A DNA stretch of 35,582 nucleotides from Octopus bimaculoides (Eukaryota). Of this stretch, positions 34,801 through 35,582 are shown piece by piece (position 1 is the first letter of the stretch; each line of letters starts with the position of its first letter). The translations under genes were made by a program, and so were the position numbers. The stretch lies in the NCBI RefSeq assembly GCF_001194135.2, contig NC_068988.1:16597868-16633449 (forward strand), read 5' to 3'. The notes beneath the pieces are model-generated. The model was given only the letters and a program-made list of their open reading frames with translations. It ran no database searches and was not told the origin of the DNA.

Positions 34801-35582
34801 GTGCATATGTATGTATTTATCAATTTACCATTAAATGAATTACTTCACGCAAATTGCAAATAAAATTCAGTGATTAAACTTTCAAATTTAGAATATAACA
34901 ACTTATAGCTAATTCGTTCCTCATGGTTACAGTGCGTGCACTTCATTCACGTCGCTCTCCACATATACATTGACACATAAATACGCATATATGTATATGT
35001 AAATAACTTATATGATACTTTATCTGTATGTAGTAACATCATATATGCATTTCTCAACATTATATTATTGAAATTGCTTTTCAGTTCCATTTAAATGACA
35101 AATGTGACGTTATAAATGAAAATATATTTTTCCATAATTCATCACATTCTATCATATACTGCAATAGATGGCAATAGATGTTGTAATACATGAAATTAAG
35201 AATGTATGAAAAGTTGTTAATATGAGTACGTGTGAATTAGCGAATTGTGATATCGTGACTAATTTTGATTTCAATGCTGTTTATACCGCAAATTACATCC
35301 ATATTTCACAGTATAAAGTTAATAATTCCACGTCATTCTTTCGATTCCGTTATTAAATATATTTCATAATTAGTACTCTTTCTCCCCCCCCCCCACCGTG
35401 GAATTATTCATAAACACATTTATATTTGTTGTGATCTCTTTGAGTTCAGTTATTAGAAGAGTATTGATTTGGTAAGAAAATGAGAGAATAACGCGACAGA
35501 CGGGAAATATTACGAGCGTAGGCATAATGTTCTCTACATACAAATGTACACGCCTTCATGTATAATGTATATATATATATAT

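Overview
AT-rich, microsatellite-dense animal genomic DNA from a gapped draft assembly (8 N-gaps). The SINE families and repeat landscape suggest a coleoid cephalopod such as Octopus (inference). I cannot confidently identify any host protein-coding gene, and most ORF-track entries are artefacts of microsatellites or N-runs. The interpretable content is transposon-derived: a decayed Tc1 transposase (1944-2968, -), a truncated mariner (24944-25723, -), an IS630/Tc1/mariner N-terminal fragment (26841-27239, +) fused to an R4/Dong-like RT+RLE retroelement fragment (27237-28225, -), an L1/Tx1-like ORF1+APE 5' fragment (30131-31572, +), and about 18 tRNA-derived SINE copies. The main unannotated signal is a 1.4-kb inverted-repeat element (351-1769). 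Each arm carries a type I hammerhead ribozyme fold (364-456 -, 1670-1762 +) with a palindromic helix III and an unusual 56-nt branched stem-II domain. A third, minimal hammerhead of a different family lies at 16930-16966 (-). These are most consistent with Penelope-like element terminal repeats or a non-autonomous ribozyme-bearing retroelement. Several fold-back hairpins and weak exon candidates are also reported. All alignments and folds were done by eye.
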